Positions 26,171 through 34,818 are shown, counted from the first letter of the stretch. The stretch is 64,000 nt of DNA from an uncultured beta proteobacterium (GCA_902825845.1 CADECM010000017.1:3077-67076), one strand, 5' to 3'. Translations and numbers: made by a program. Notes: generated by a model from the sequence alone, not told the origin.

Positions 26171-26776
26171 ATGGACGGTGACCGACACATGAAGCTCAAT
26201 CTGGGTTGCGGCGACAAGATTCTCGAGGGCTACGTCAACGTGGACGTTGCCGAAAGCCGCGCCGGCAAGCGGCCGGATGTGTTGTGCGATCTGCACCAGT
26301 TGAAGCCGTTCGATGCCAATGTGGCGGACGAGATTCTGTCGGTGCATGTGGTCGAACACTTCTGGCGCTGGGAAGTGGTGGCGGTGCTCAAGGAATGGGT
26401 GCGGGTGCTGAAACCGGGCGGGCGCATGATTCTGGAATGCCCGAATCTCAAGTCGGCGTGCGAAGCCTTTTTGGCCAACCCGGAATTGCACGCCGGTCCC
26501 GGTCAGGAAGGGCAGCGCACCATGTGGGTTTTCTACGGCGATCCGTCGTGGACCGATCCGCTAATGGTGCACCGCTGGGGCTATACGCCGCAGAGCCTGG
26601 CGGCGATCATGCGGGAAGCCGGACTCACGGCCATTCGCCAGGAGCCCGCGCAGTTCAAATTGCGCGAGCCGCGCGACATGCGCATCGTGGGCACCAAACC
26701 CGATGCCGCGCAGCCCGCACAGGGTACGGCGCAAACGCGCATCGGTGTGTCGTGGAGCACGTCCTACAAGCTGTAA
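26171..26776 (+). CDS. class I SAM-dependent methyltransferase
   Basis: MKLNLGCGDKILEGYVNVD...SVHVVEHF...VLKPGGRMILECP. The start may be 26189. Confidence 0.75.
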   Translation: MDGDRHMKLNLGCGDKILEGYVNVDVAESRAGKRPDVLCDLHQLKPFDANVADEILSVHVVEHFWRWEVVAVLKEWVRVLKPGGRMILECPNLKSACEAFLANPELHAGPGQEGQRTMWVFYGDPSWTDPLMVHRWGYTPQSLAAIMREAGLTAIRQEPAQFKLREPRDMRIVGTKPDAAQPAQGTAQTRIGVSWSTSYKL

Positions 26777-26791
26777 TGCGTTGAGGCGCAC

Positions 26792-27856
26792 ATGACAATC
26801 GCAGGGAATCCTGTTCGTGCGGACATCCTGTGGCTGGTGACGCCGGTGGTAACACCCTACCTGCACGCGGCACGGGTGGAGCAGGCGTTGCTGTCTTGCG
26901 ACCTTGCCAGCGCGCGCCTGCGCATGGGGGTTGCCGCCAGCGCCTGGCGCGCGGCGGGAGGAACGAACCGCTTTATCGAAGCGACGCAGCACCAGCAGGC
27001 TGGTGATTTATCAGCCGCGGGCATCTGCGTGGTTCCCAAATTCGCCGGCGATCTGCCGTTGGCGCCGTGGCTGGACGCCGTGCAGGCGGTGAAGCGGGCG
27101 GGTGCGCGGCTGGTGATCGATATCTGCGACTACCCGTTTCGCACCGACAAGGGCGCTGTGCCCGCGTTTTATCGCGAAGCGCTCAAGCTCGCCGATGCCG
27201 TCGTGGTCAACGCACAGCGCATGGCTGAACAGATGACGCCACATTGCCGCCAGCCGGTGACGGTGATCGAAGATGCCGTGCTGGATGAAGCCGCCACGCC
27301 GCGCTTCGCGCCCGCGGGCCGGCTGAATCTGCTGTGGTTCGGGCATCCGTCAAACCTGCGATTCCTCGAACCGTGGATTAACGTACTGATCGAACAAGGG
27401 CCGAAGCCGTGCCGTCTCACCGTGGTGAGCGAGGATGGATTCGGCGTGAAAGAGGCGGCTGCCAGCCTTAACGCACAACTGGCGCCATCGTTCGAAATGG
27501 CATTCGTGGATTGGTCGCTCGCAGCCACCCGGCGCGAACTGGAACGCTGCGACATTGCCATTCTGCCCAGCGATCCGGCGGACGCGCGCAAAAGCGGCGC
27601 TTCCGCCAATCGCCTGGCGGAAGTGTTGCAGGCCGGGCGCTTTGCGGTGGCGAGTCCGCTGCACAGCTACCTCGTATTCTCGGAGATGGCGTGGGTCGGC
27701 GAGAATCTGCTGCAGGGTCTGCAGTGGTCGCTGGCGAATCCCGAGGGGGTCATCGCACGCATCCACAAGGGGCAGGCGCTGGTGCGCGAGCACTATGCGA
27801 TGGATGCGATCGGACGGCAGTGGCGGGCATTTTTCGCCGCGCTGCCAGCGGGCTGA
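26792..27856 (+). CDS. putative glycosyltransferase (GT-B-like)
   Basis: 354 aa. Called from context and weak resemblance (C-terminal ILPSDP...SANRLAEVLQAGRFAVASP like the GT1/GT4 nucleotide-sugar-binding half). Confidence 0.4.
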   Translation: MTIAGNPVRADILWLVTPVVTPYLHAARVEQALLSCDLASARLRMGVAASAWRAAGGTNRFIEATQHQQAGDLSAAGICVVPKFAGDLPLAPWLDAVQAVKRAGARLVIDICDYPFRTDKGAVPAFYREALKLADAVVVNAQRMAEQMTPHCRQPVTVIEDAVLDEAATPRFAPAGRLNLLWFGHPSNLRFLEPWINVLIEQGPKPCRLTVVSEDGFGVKEAAASLNAQLAPSFEMAFVDWSLAATRRELERCDIAILPSDPADARKSGASANRLAEVLQAGRFAVASPLHSYLVFSEMAWVGENLLQGLQWSLANPEGVIARIHKGQALVREHYAMDAIGRQWRAFFAALPAG

Positions 27857-27859
27857 CGC

Positions 27860-29851
27860 TTACGGCTTGGCACCGTCAGCGTCAGACAAGTCGTGCGCCA
27901 GTACCGCCAGCGCCTCGCGCCAGTCGCCATCGCTTGACTGACGGTACACCGGAAACCCCGGGAACCACGGTGAAAACCGCCCTGCGGCCATCCAGCGCCA
28001 TTCTGGGGGCGCGGGCACCAGCACGCGCGCGGTTCTGCCGGCGCACGCGCGCAAATGCGTGTTGGTATTGCTGACGCCCACGTATTCGTCGATCACCTCC
28101 AGCAGCGCCAGCATGCCTTCGAGGTCTTCGTTCAGATCCGACACATCGTGCACGCGCGCGCCGGCGGCCTGTTCCAAGGCGGCGATTTCGCCGGGTAGGG
28201 GCTTGCGCTGCAGGGCGAGCAAGGTGCCGGGAAACCCCTTCAGCGCCGTGCCCAACGGCGTGATGTCGAGCGTCTTGTAGAGCAGCCACGAGCCGGCGCC
28301 CTGTTCGCTGGGCGGCGTGCCGCCGCGCCAGGTTATGCCCAGATACGGCGGCGGACCCAGCGCGGCAAGCCGGGATCGAATGCTAGCTAATTGATTTTCC
28401 AGTGATTTTATTCGAGTGCTCGGCACGGGCAGTGGCGAATACAGCGGCTGTGTCCAGGGGAAGGCCCAGCGCGCGTTGGCGCTTTCCGCGGCGCTCAGTG
28501 ACAGCGGCGCGGCGGTTTCGGTATCGCCGTTGCTTGCCGCCAGTGCATGGGGCAAGTCGCCCACCAGAATGACCGCGTCGCCCGCGGGGGGCGGCGCTTC
28601 CGCGTCGATGACGGCGGCAAGCTCGGGCAGGCGTCGCAGCAGTGACGCGATTTTGTCGCTTGCGCGGTAGGTGATGCGCGCGCCGCGCGCCACCAGTTGC
28701 CGCGCGTAGCGCAGGAAAAACAATTCATCGCCCAGGCCCTGTTCGCGCAGCACACAGATGTGCATGCCCTTGAGGCTGGACGGCAGCGTGCGCGTGAGCG
28801 TGATGCCGGGCAACTTGTTCTGGAATACGGCGAACGCCGGCCGTTGCCGGTACTGCGCCCAACCCTCGGCAAGAAAACCATACTGCAGAAACAGGGTGCC
28901 CATCAGTTGTTGCAGCGCCGGCAGTTGCGGCGTGGCAGCCGCCTGCTGCGCGATGATCCGCAGCGCGTCGTCGAACGCGCCGGTCTCGCACAGCTTGGCG
29001 GCGTAGCTCAGGGCGAATTCGGGTTGGTCGGGCGCCAGCCGTGCCGCCACACCGTAATGCCGCGCGGCCTCGTGCATGCGGCCGCGTGCATTATAGGTAT
29101 CCGCGAGCAGCGCCTGCGCCTGCGGTTCGTCTGGCGCCAGCTCGATGAGTTGTTTGCAGGCCGCTTCGGCGTGGTCGAAACGGCCCTGATCGATCAGCAC
29201 GGAAACGAGATTCATGCGCGCAGCGAGAAACTGCGGCGCCTCGCGTATGCAGTGTTCATAGGCTTGCGCCGCGTCGTCAAAGCGCTGCGCCGCGTGCAGC
29301 GTGCGGCCAAGCCCGTTGCGCGCGTCCAGAAACGCCGGTTCCAGCACCAGCGCCTTGTTGAATGCGTCAATCGCCGGCGTGAACGCGCCGCTTTCGCGCA
29401 GGACGTTGCCGAGGTTGTACCAGGCCAAAGTATGTTGGGGAAAGCGCGCCACCACCCGTTCCAGCAGCGGCCGCGCTTGCGCGAAATTTCCCTGCATCGC
29501 CAGCGCATTGGCGGCGCCCAGCATGAACGCCGGTTGCGCCGGCTCAAGCCGCTGCGCCTGGCGGAACGCGGCGCCCGACTCTTCATAGCGGCCAAGATCG
29601 AACAGCGCTTGCGCCAACGCGCCGGTCAAGCCGGCATTGCGCCGGGACTTTGCCACGGCCTGCTGCAAGTGCGGCAGTGCCTGTGCCGCGTCGCCCCCCT
29701 CCAGCAGCGCGGCGCCCAGCATCGCCAGCAACTGCGGATCAGCGGGCGCGAGTGTCAGGGCTTGCCGGTAAGCATCCGCCGCGGCAGCGAAATCGCCGGC
29801 CTGACGCGCGCGCATGCCCATATCCACGTATCGGTCAAGGATGGAAGCCAT
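27860..29851 (-). CDS. TPR-repeat protein fused to a GT9-like domain (second paralogue type)
   Basis: 663 aa with ~9 TPRs. The C-terminus has CVLREQGLGDELFFLRYA, LGITWRGG and DEYVGVSNTNTHLRACAGRTARVLVPAPPEWRWM...FPVYRQ. Confidence 0.75.
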   Translation of the reverse strand: MASILDRYVDMGMRARQAGDFAAAADAYRQALTLAPADPQLLAMLGAALLEGGDAAQALPHLQQAVAKSRRNAGLTGALAQALFDLGRYEESGAAFRQAQRLEPAQPAFMLGAANALAMQGNFAQARPLLERVVARFPQHTLAWYNLGNVLRESGAFTPAIDAFNKALVLEPAFLDARNGLGRTLHAAQRFDDAAQAYEHCIREAPQFLAARMNLVSVLIDQGRFDHAEAACKQLIELAPDEPQAQALLADTYNARGRMHEAARHYGVAARLAPDQPEFALSYAAKLCETGAFDDALRIIAQQAAATPQLPALQQLMGTLFLQYGFLAEGWAQYRQRPAFAVFQNKLPGITLTRTLPSSLKGMHICVLREQGLGDELFFLRYARQLVARGARITYRASDKIASLLRRLPELAAVIDAEAPPPAGDAVILVGDLPHALAASNGDTETAAPLSLSAAESANARWAFPWTQPLYSPLPVPSTRIKSLENQLASIRSRLAALGPPPYLGITWRGGTPPSEQGAGSWLLYKTLDITPLGTALKGFPGTLLALQRKPLPGEIAALEQAAGARVHDVSDLNEDLEGMLALLEVIDEYVGVSNTNTHLRACAGRTARVLVPAPPEWRWMAAGRFSPWFPGFPVYRQSSDGDWREALAVLAHDLSDADGAKP
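28383..28413 (-). repeat. AT-rich motif copy S7 embedded in the TPR-GT9 CDS
   Basis: CTAGCTAATTGATTTTCCAGTGATTTTATTC; the coding strand reads cga ata aaa tca ctg gaa aat caa tta gct agc = RIKSLENQLAS. Confidence 0.45.
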
Positions 29852-29860
29852 AGATCATAT

Positions 29861-29888
29861 ATAAATATTTGATAATAAGAACTTTTTT
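29861..29888 (-). repeat. AT-rich A-tract/IHF-core motif copy S8
   Basis: ATAAATATTTGATAATAAGAACTTTTTT. Its reverse complement contains an exact TATCAAATATTTA. It lies 10 nt upstream of the TPR-GT9 start codon. Confidence 0.5.
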
Positions 29889-30397
29889 ACTTAACCGCGC
29901 ATGCTGGCAGGGCGTCGGGACAGCGCACGATTGGCGCATGTTAATGGAAATTGTTCTGCATATTAGCAGTCGCATGGCGCGATTCTGCAGGCGCGTCTAC
30001 GCATGGGTGTGCGCGCTCGGGAAGTCTTGGTGCTGTGCCGGCGGAGCGCGACCGCACCAATTTTTCCGCGCGTTGCAGGGATGCGGTGCTGAAAATATGC
30101 GCATTTCATACGCGCGCCGTGTCAGCACAACGTTGAGTCGCGCGCCCTGCGCAAACAGCATCGCCCCTGTGCCAAGGTCCACACCACCACCCTTTGTCCG
30201 GCGAAAACGCCTCCGTGCGCGCGGGGGCGCGTGCCGGCTGGCGGCTGCTGCACAGACCGGCCGGCCGGCACCATTTCACACAACACTTACGAGAATTTAT
30301 GCCTAAGCGTAGTGCGCAAATGGCTGGAGTCGATCTACCGCTGATACGTAGTAACGACTTCGATTTACATCAAGTGAGTGATCGCATGCTAGTTGCT

Positions 30398-30428
30398 TAA
30401 CCTATTGAAAATAAATTAATTTTTAACT
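30398..30428 (-). repeat. AT-rich motif copy S9 (porin-1 upstream, distal)
   Basis: TAACCTATTGAAAATAAATTAATTTTTAACT. Confidence 0.5.
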
Positions 30429-30484
30429 ATTGCCGCTCAATAATTGGCCAGAAATTCGCGTCAAACGGCCACTACGTGATTGGA

Positions 30485-30515
30485 TAAAACTTTATCTTAT
30501 TAATCAACTACTTAC
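30485..30515 (+). repeat. AT-rich motif copy S10 (porin-1 upstream, proximal)
   Basis: TAAAACTTTATCTTATTAATCAACTACTTAC with an exact AATCAACTACTTA. Confidence 0.6.
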
Positions 30516-30634
30516 AAAATAATACGAAATACCATAATACGTAATATGTGTTGCGTATATAACACTAGAATGAAAAATATGTTGTTTTTAAACCACTTTT
30601 TCGCATGAAAATGGGTAAATAATATGAATTAATG

Positions 30635-30759
30635 TTGTTATTTGGATTTCGAAATTTCATACTTGATTCGTCCTTTACGCAAAAGTAAGGCGAAGCGCTC
30701 GCGAGGATGGTCGGGTCGGACCACTCGGGGGCAGACATAAAATGACAGAGGAGTATGAA
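30635..30759 (+). promoter_or_regulatory. predicted sigma70 promoter plus conserved ~90-nt 5'UTR of porin 1
   Basis: TTGTTA (30635-40), a 17-nt spacer and CATACT (30658-63). The leader TTCGTCCTTTACgcaaaaGTAAGGCGAAGCGCTCGCGAGGATGGTCGGGTCGGACCACTCGGGGGCAG...GAGGAG is nearly identical in copy 2. Confidence 0.55.
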
Positions 30760-31974
30760 ATGCAGAAAAAGCTAATTGCAGTGGCCGTCGGCAGTGCGCT
30801 GTCCGCATTCGGTGCCGTCCCGGCGCTGGCGCAAAACGCAACCGTCAACATCTACGGAACGTTCTATGGTGAGTATTCCAGGATTAACAATGGTGCCGCA
30901 TCGGCCACAGAGCCCTATCAGAACTACGACCATTTCCAGAATCCCGGTTCGCGGATTGGTCTACGTGGCGAAGAAAAGCTAGGCGGGGGCCTGTCGGTGT
31001 GGTTCCAGTGCGAAAGTTCCATCGACTATCGCGGCAATAACAACAAGCCCGATGACAATGCTGTGGCCAATAATCACTGGTGCTCGCGTGACAGTGCGCT
31101 GGGCCTGAAGGGTCGTTTCGGTAACGTGTTCTATGGCCAATGGGGCACCCCATGGAAGAATGTCAACAGCAGGGGCAACGTCGGCGCGAACGATACCGGT
31201 GTGTTCGGCACTGCGCATCTTATCGCCGGCAGTTCATCCACTTTCGGCATTTCGGCACCAAACGGCCCTGGCGTCAGCACCACCAACCGCGTTTCGCCGG
31301 GTATTTTCCGCCGCCGCCAAAGCAACCTGTTCAGCTACGAAACGCCGAGCTTCGCCGGCTTCAAGGTCATGGGCGCGGTTACCACCCGCAATCACGCATC
31401 ACGGGCAACCAGTGCGCAACTCAAAACCCGTCTGTGGTCAGTCGGTGCACAGTACGCCAATGGCCCGATCTATGTCGGCGCCGCATACGAGAAGCACAAC
31501 GATTTCTGGAATCTCGGCACAGCTGCAGCGCCGATCGGTGGCGACGATAAAGGGTGGACGGTTGCGGCAAGCTACACCCTGCCCATCCGCCTGAAAATTG
31601 GCGGCAGCATCCAGCAAATGAAAGAGGAACAAGCGCTGGGCCGTGAGACCAAGATCACCACCTACCACATCGGTATTGACTGGATGATTTCAGGTCCGCA
31701 TGGCGTGCGTGCGGCTTATACCCGCGCGGGGGATGTCAAAGGGCCTTCCGGTCAGGCGCACAACGCGCGCCCCGCTGCGAATCCGGATAGCAAAGCGGAC
31801 ATGTGGCAGATTCGTTACGTGTATGCGTTGTCCAAGCGCACCGAGTTCACGGCGGGCTACTCACGAACCAACAACCGGGCCAATGCCACGTACGAAACCG
31901 GCGGCTCTGATTCGACGCAGTTTAGGGGATCGGATTCCAGCGCATTTGCTATTGCCATACGGCATAGCTTCTAG
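30760..31974 (+). CDS. Gram-negative trimeric-type porin, paralogue 1
   Basis: MQKKLIAVAVGSALSAFGAVPALA/QNATVNIYGTFYGEY (signal peptide plus the typical betaproteobacterial porin N-terminus), alternating beta-strand pattern and a C-terminal ...AIAIRHSF (terminal Phe). The ATG at 30760 has GAGGAG 7 nt upstream. Confidence 0.9.
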   Translation: MQKKLIAVAVGSALSAFGAVPALAQNATVNIYGTFYGEYSRINNGAASATEPYQNYDHFQNPGSRIGLRGEEKLGGGLSVWFQCESSIDYRGNNNKPDDNAVANNHWCSRDSALGLKGRFGNVFYGQWGTPWKNVNSRGNVGANDTGVFGTAHLIAGSSSTFGISAPNGPGVSTTNRVSPGIFRRRQSNLFSYETPSFAGFKVMGAVTTRNHASRATSAQLKTRLWSVGAQYANGPIYVGAAYEKHNDFWNLGTAAAPIGGDDKGWTVAASYTLPIRLKIGGSIQQMKEEQALGRETKITTYHIGIDWMISGPHGVRAAYTRAGDVKGPSGQAHNARPAANPDSKADMWQIRYVYALSKRTEFTAGYSRTNNRANATYETGGSDSTQFRGSDSSAFAIAIRHSF

Positions 31975-32149
31975 AGCCCGTTATGAACTTCCGTGAAATC
32001 GAAAATCGTCTCCCTCATCCCAACTCTTGTCCCGAAGGGAGAAGGGCTCTTCACCCCTCGCCCTCCGGGAGATGGGCAGGGGTGAGGGAAAACGAATCGC
32101 CATAAACGGTTGATGTTGAATAATATTTCTGAAGTTCATTACAGGCTCT
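31973..32149. mobile_element. MITE-like 177-bp insertion with 19-bp terminal inverted repeats
   Basis: AGAGCCCGTTATGAACTTC (31973-91) versus the reverse complement of GAAGTTCATTACAGGCTCT (32131-49), 17/19 matches. It is absent from the equivalent position after porins 2 and 3, and its interior holds REP-like GC hairpins (TCACCCCTCGCCCTCCGGGAGATGGGCAGGGGTGA). Confidence 0.65.
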
Positions 32150-32540
32150 CGTAACAGCGCCATCACAGCGTGTTTGAACGGGCGCTCCGGTGCCCGCTCT
32201 TCGCGCGAATTTCCGGGCGGCTGGAAATCGGTGCCCCGGCGGAAGCCTGGGTTTGAACGAAATTGCCAAGGCCAATCTCGATCGCGTCCCGCGAAAAGAG
32301 CATTGCGGCTATGCCAGGAGTGCAAACCACCGCTCTGTGTTTGGTGCAAACGTGACCGCGCAGGCAGGGTCAAGCGCCGGCTGGCAGTGGCCGCGCAGTG
32401 CGGGCGTCAGGTGCAGCTTCACGAATTACTTACGAGGACTTGTGCTTAAGCATAGTGCGCAAATCACTGGAGTCGTTTCTCTGTCGATACGTAGTAACGC
32501 CCCCGTTTTGCGTCAGGCCGCTGATCGCACGTTATTTTTA

Positions 32541-32571
32541 TAAGATATTGAATAACATGAAGTTTTTATAG
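32541..32571 (-). repeat. AT-rich motif copy S11 (porin-2 upstream, distal)
   Basis: TAAGATATTGAATAACATGAAGTTTTTATAG. Confidence 0.45.
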
Positions 32572-32626
32572 AAATTCCCTCAACGCTGAGAGCGATATTC
32601 GCGTCGAATGGCCACTACGTTATCGA

Positions 32627-32657
32627 CTAAAATTTTTACCTATAAATCAATTACTTA
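32627..32657 (+). repeat. AT-rich motif copy S12 (porin-2 upstream, proximal)
   Basis: CTAAAATTTTTACCTATAAATCAATTACTTA with an exact AATCAATTACTTA. Confidence 0.6.
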
Positions 32658-32777
32658 AAAATTTATACGATAAACCACAATACGTAATATATGTTGCGTA
32701 TATAATACAAACTACTAAAATATGTTGTGTTTTTACAACTTAACCTCATAAAAATTGGCTAAAAATATGAATTAAAG

Positions 32778-32900
32778 TTGTTATTAGGCGGTGGCGCTTT
32801 CATACTCAATTCGTCCTTTACGTAAGTAAGGCGAAGCGCTCGCGAGGATGGTCGGGTCGGACCACTCGGGGGCAGACATAAAATGACAGAGGAGTATGAA
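32778..32900 (+). promoter_or_regulatory. predicted sigma70 promoter plus conserved 5'UTR of porin 2
   Basis: TTGTTA (32778-83), a 17-nt spacer and CATACT (32801-06). The leader is almost identical to copy 1. Confidence 0.55.
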
Positions 32901-34112
32901 ATGCAGAAAAAGCTAATTGCAGTGGCCGTTGGTAGTGCGCTGTCCGCATTCGGTGCCACCCCGGCGCTGGCGCAAAATGCAACCGTCAACATTTACGGGA
33001 CGTTCTATGGTGAGTATTCCCGCATTAACAATGGTGCCAAATCGGCCACCGAGCCCTATCAGAACTATGACCATTTCCAGGCACCCGGCTCGTCCATCGG
33101 CTTCCGCGGCGAAGAAAAGCTGGGCGGCGGCCTGTCGGCGTGGTTCCAGTGCGAAAGTTCGACGGATTACCGCGGCGCCAACAACTCGTCGACCAACAGT
33201 CAGACCGGCAGCTACTGGTGCTCGCGCAATAGCGCGCTGGGCCTGAAGGGCGGTTTTGGTAACGTCTACTACGGCAACTGGCAGACGCCGTTTACCCGTA
33301 TTAACTCTGCGGCTAACACCGGTTCGAACGACACTGGCGTGTTCGGTAACGCCCATCTGATGACAGGCACGTCATCCACCTTCAGCGTAGGTGCCCCCAC
33401 CACCGGCAACGTCGCCACGGCCCAACGCGTGTCGCCCGGCGTATTCCGCCGCCGCCAGAGCAACTCATTCAACTATGAGACGCCGAGCTTTGGCGGTTTC
33501 AAGGTGATGGCCGCAGTCACCACCCGCAACTACGCATCGTCGGCAACCAGTGCGCAACAAAAGGCCCGCCTGTGGTCCATCGGCGCGCAGTATGCCAATG
33601 GTCCGATCTTCGTCGGTGCGGCGTATGAGAAGCACGACAACTTCTGGAACATCGGCACCGCTGCGGCGCCGATCGATGGCGATGACAAAGGGTGGACGGT
33701 AGCAGCAACCTACACCCTGCCCATCCGCCTGAAAATCGGTGGCAGCCTCCAGCAAATGAAAGAGACTCAAGCGCTGGGCCGCGAGACCAAGATCACCACC
33801 TATCACATCGGCATAGACTGGATGATTGCAGGTCCGCACGGGGTGCGTGCGGCGTATACCCGTGCGGGGGATGTCAAAGGGCCTTCCGGTCAGGCGCACA
33901 ACGCGCGCCCTGCCGCCAATCCGAATACCAAAGCGGACATGTGGCAGATTCGCTATGTTTACGCGCTGTCCAAGCGTACTGAAGTCACGGCGGGCTACTC
34001 GCGCACCAACAACCGCGCCAATGCGACGTACGAAACCGGCGGCTCCAACTCGACGCAGTTTGCAGGGGCGGATTCCAGCGCATTCGCGGTGGCGTTCCGT
34101 CACAGATTCTAA
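32901..34112 (+). CDS. Gram-negative trimeric-type porin, paralogue 2
   Basis: Same signal peptide and N-terminus as paralogue 1, ending AVAFRHRF. Differences cluster in predicted loops (e.g. ANNSSTNSQTGSYW versus NNNKPDDNAVANNHW). Confidence 0.9.
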   Translation: MQKKLIAVAVGSALSAFGATPALAQNATVNIYGTFYGEYSRINNGAKSATEPYQNYDHFQAPGSSIGFRGEEKLGGGLSAWFQCESSTDYRGANNSSTNSQTGSYWCSRNSALGLKGGFGNVYYGNWQTPFTRINSAANTGSNDTGVFGNAHLMTGTSSTFSVGAPTTGNVATAQRVSPGVFRRRQSNSFNYETPSFGGFKVMAAVTTRNYASSATSAQQKARLWSIGAQYANGPIFVGAAYEKHDNFWNIGTAAAPIDGDDKGWTVAATYTLPIRLKIGGSLQQMKETQALGRETKITTYHIGIDWMIAGPHGVRAAYTRAGDVKGPSGQAHNARPAANPNTKADMWQIRYVYALSKRTEVTAGYSRTNNRANATYETGGSNSTQFAGADSSAFAVAFRHRF

Positions 34113-34137
34113 TAAAACAGTAATCCCGCAGCATATT

Positions 34138-34167
34138 CAAACGGGCGCTTCGGCGCCCGTTTTTTTG
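34138..34167 (+). terminator. rho-independent terminator of porin 2
   Basis: AAACGGGCGCttcgGCGCCCGTTTTTTT. Confidence 0.85.
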
Positions 34168-34610
34168 TGCGCGAATTTCCGGCACCCGGAAATCGGCAAC
34201 CGGCCGACAGCCAGGTTGTGATCGAATTCGCCCAGGTCAATCACAACCGCATCCGACGCAAACGTGTGTGCGCGACGCAAGCCTGGCATCTCGCGCTGTC
34301 AATCCTCACGACGTAGTTTCGTCCAGGCGTTGTGCCGCGCGGGTCGCATGTGATCCACCATAGCCTATGCCGCCTTGACCATCCATGTCGTATCCTCGCC
34401 TGGCTCACGACTGCGCTTGCAGGACCGGCGGCGCGTGTATGAGGCCGCTGTTTTCCGCCAATACCGCGCCCGCCATACGAGTCGCTGCGAGCTTGGATGC
34501 CAACGCACGGGCTTGTCCGTATGTCTTTTCCGCCACCTCGGAAGCATCTGGCGCGCTGAAATGTAGTCCTTGGTTCACCTGATGACTGGGCCAGAGCGCA
34601 CAATTCATTA

Positions 34611-34640
34611 TAACCTATTGATTTTAAATATATTTTAAGA
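34611..34640 (-). repeat. AT-rich motif copy S13 (porin-3 upstream, distal)
   Basis: TAACCTATTGATTTTAAATATATTTTAAGA. Its reverse complement has an exact AATCAATAGGTTA. Confidence 0.6.
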
Positions 34641-34672
34641 AAACCAGGTCGTGATGCCTGTATTCGCACTAC

Positions 34673-34706
34673 TATTTTTTAATTCTTTTTATATCAATAA
34701 CTTACG
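34673..34706 (+). repeat. AT-rich motif copy S14 (porin-3 upstream, proximal)
   Basis: TATTTTTTAATTCTTTTTATATCAATAACTTACG with an exact TATCAATAACTTA. Confidence 0.6.
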
Positions 34707-34818
34707 ATAATAATAAGTCGAAATACGTACATAGTGTTGCGTATCTCCAACGAAATGGCCTTTTTGTTGCTTTTTGGCAACACGTATCTTTCTCTACGAT
34801 GTTTCTCGCACCTAAACA

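Noticed and set aside
30194-30400. Short ORFs in the porin intergenic regions (30194-30400, 32190-32543, 29869-30306, 34241-34669, 34405-34608)
   Set aside because: The two homologous ORFs differ at codon positions 1 and 2 as often as at position 3, have no RBS and lack protein-like composition. The conservation is better explained at the DNA or RNA level. 34405-34608 looks slightly protein-like, but I found no support for it.
30485-30760. Sigma-54 promoter downstream of the IHF-type sites upstream of the porins
   Set aside because: I looked for TGGCAC-N5-TTGC (GG/GC spaced 10 nt). The nearest candidate (TGGCAACACGTATCTT at ~34785) lacks the -12 GC. A sigma70-like TTGnnn-17-CATACT is conserved in all three copies instead.
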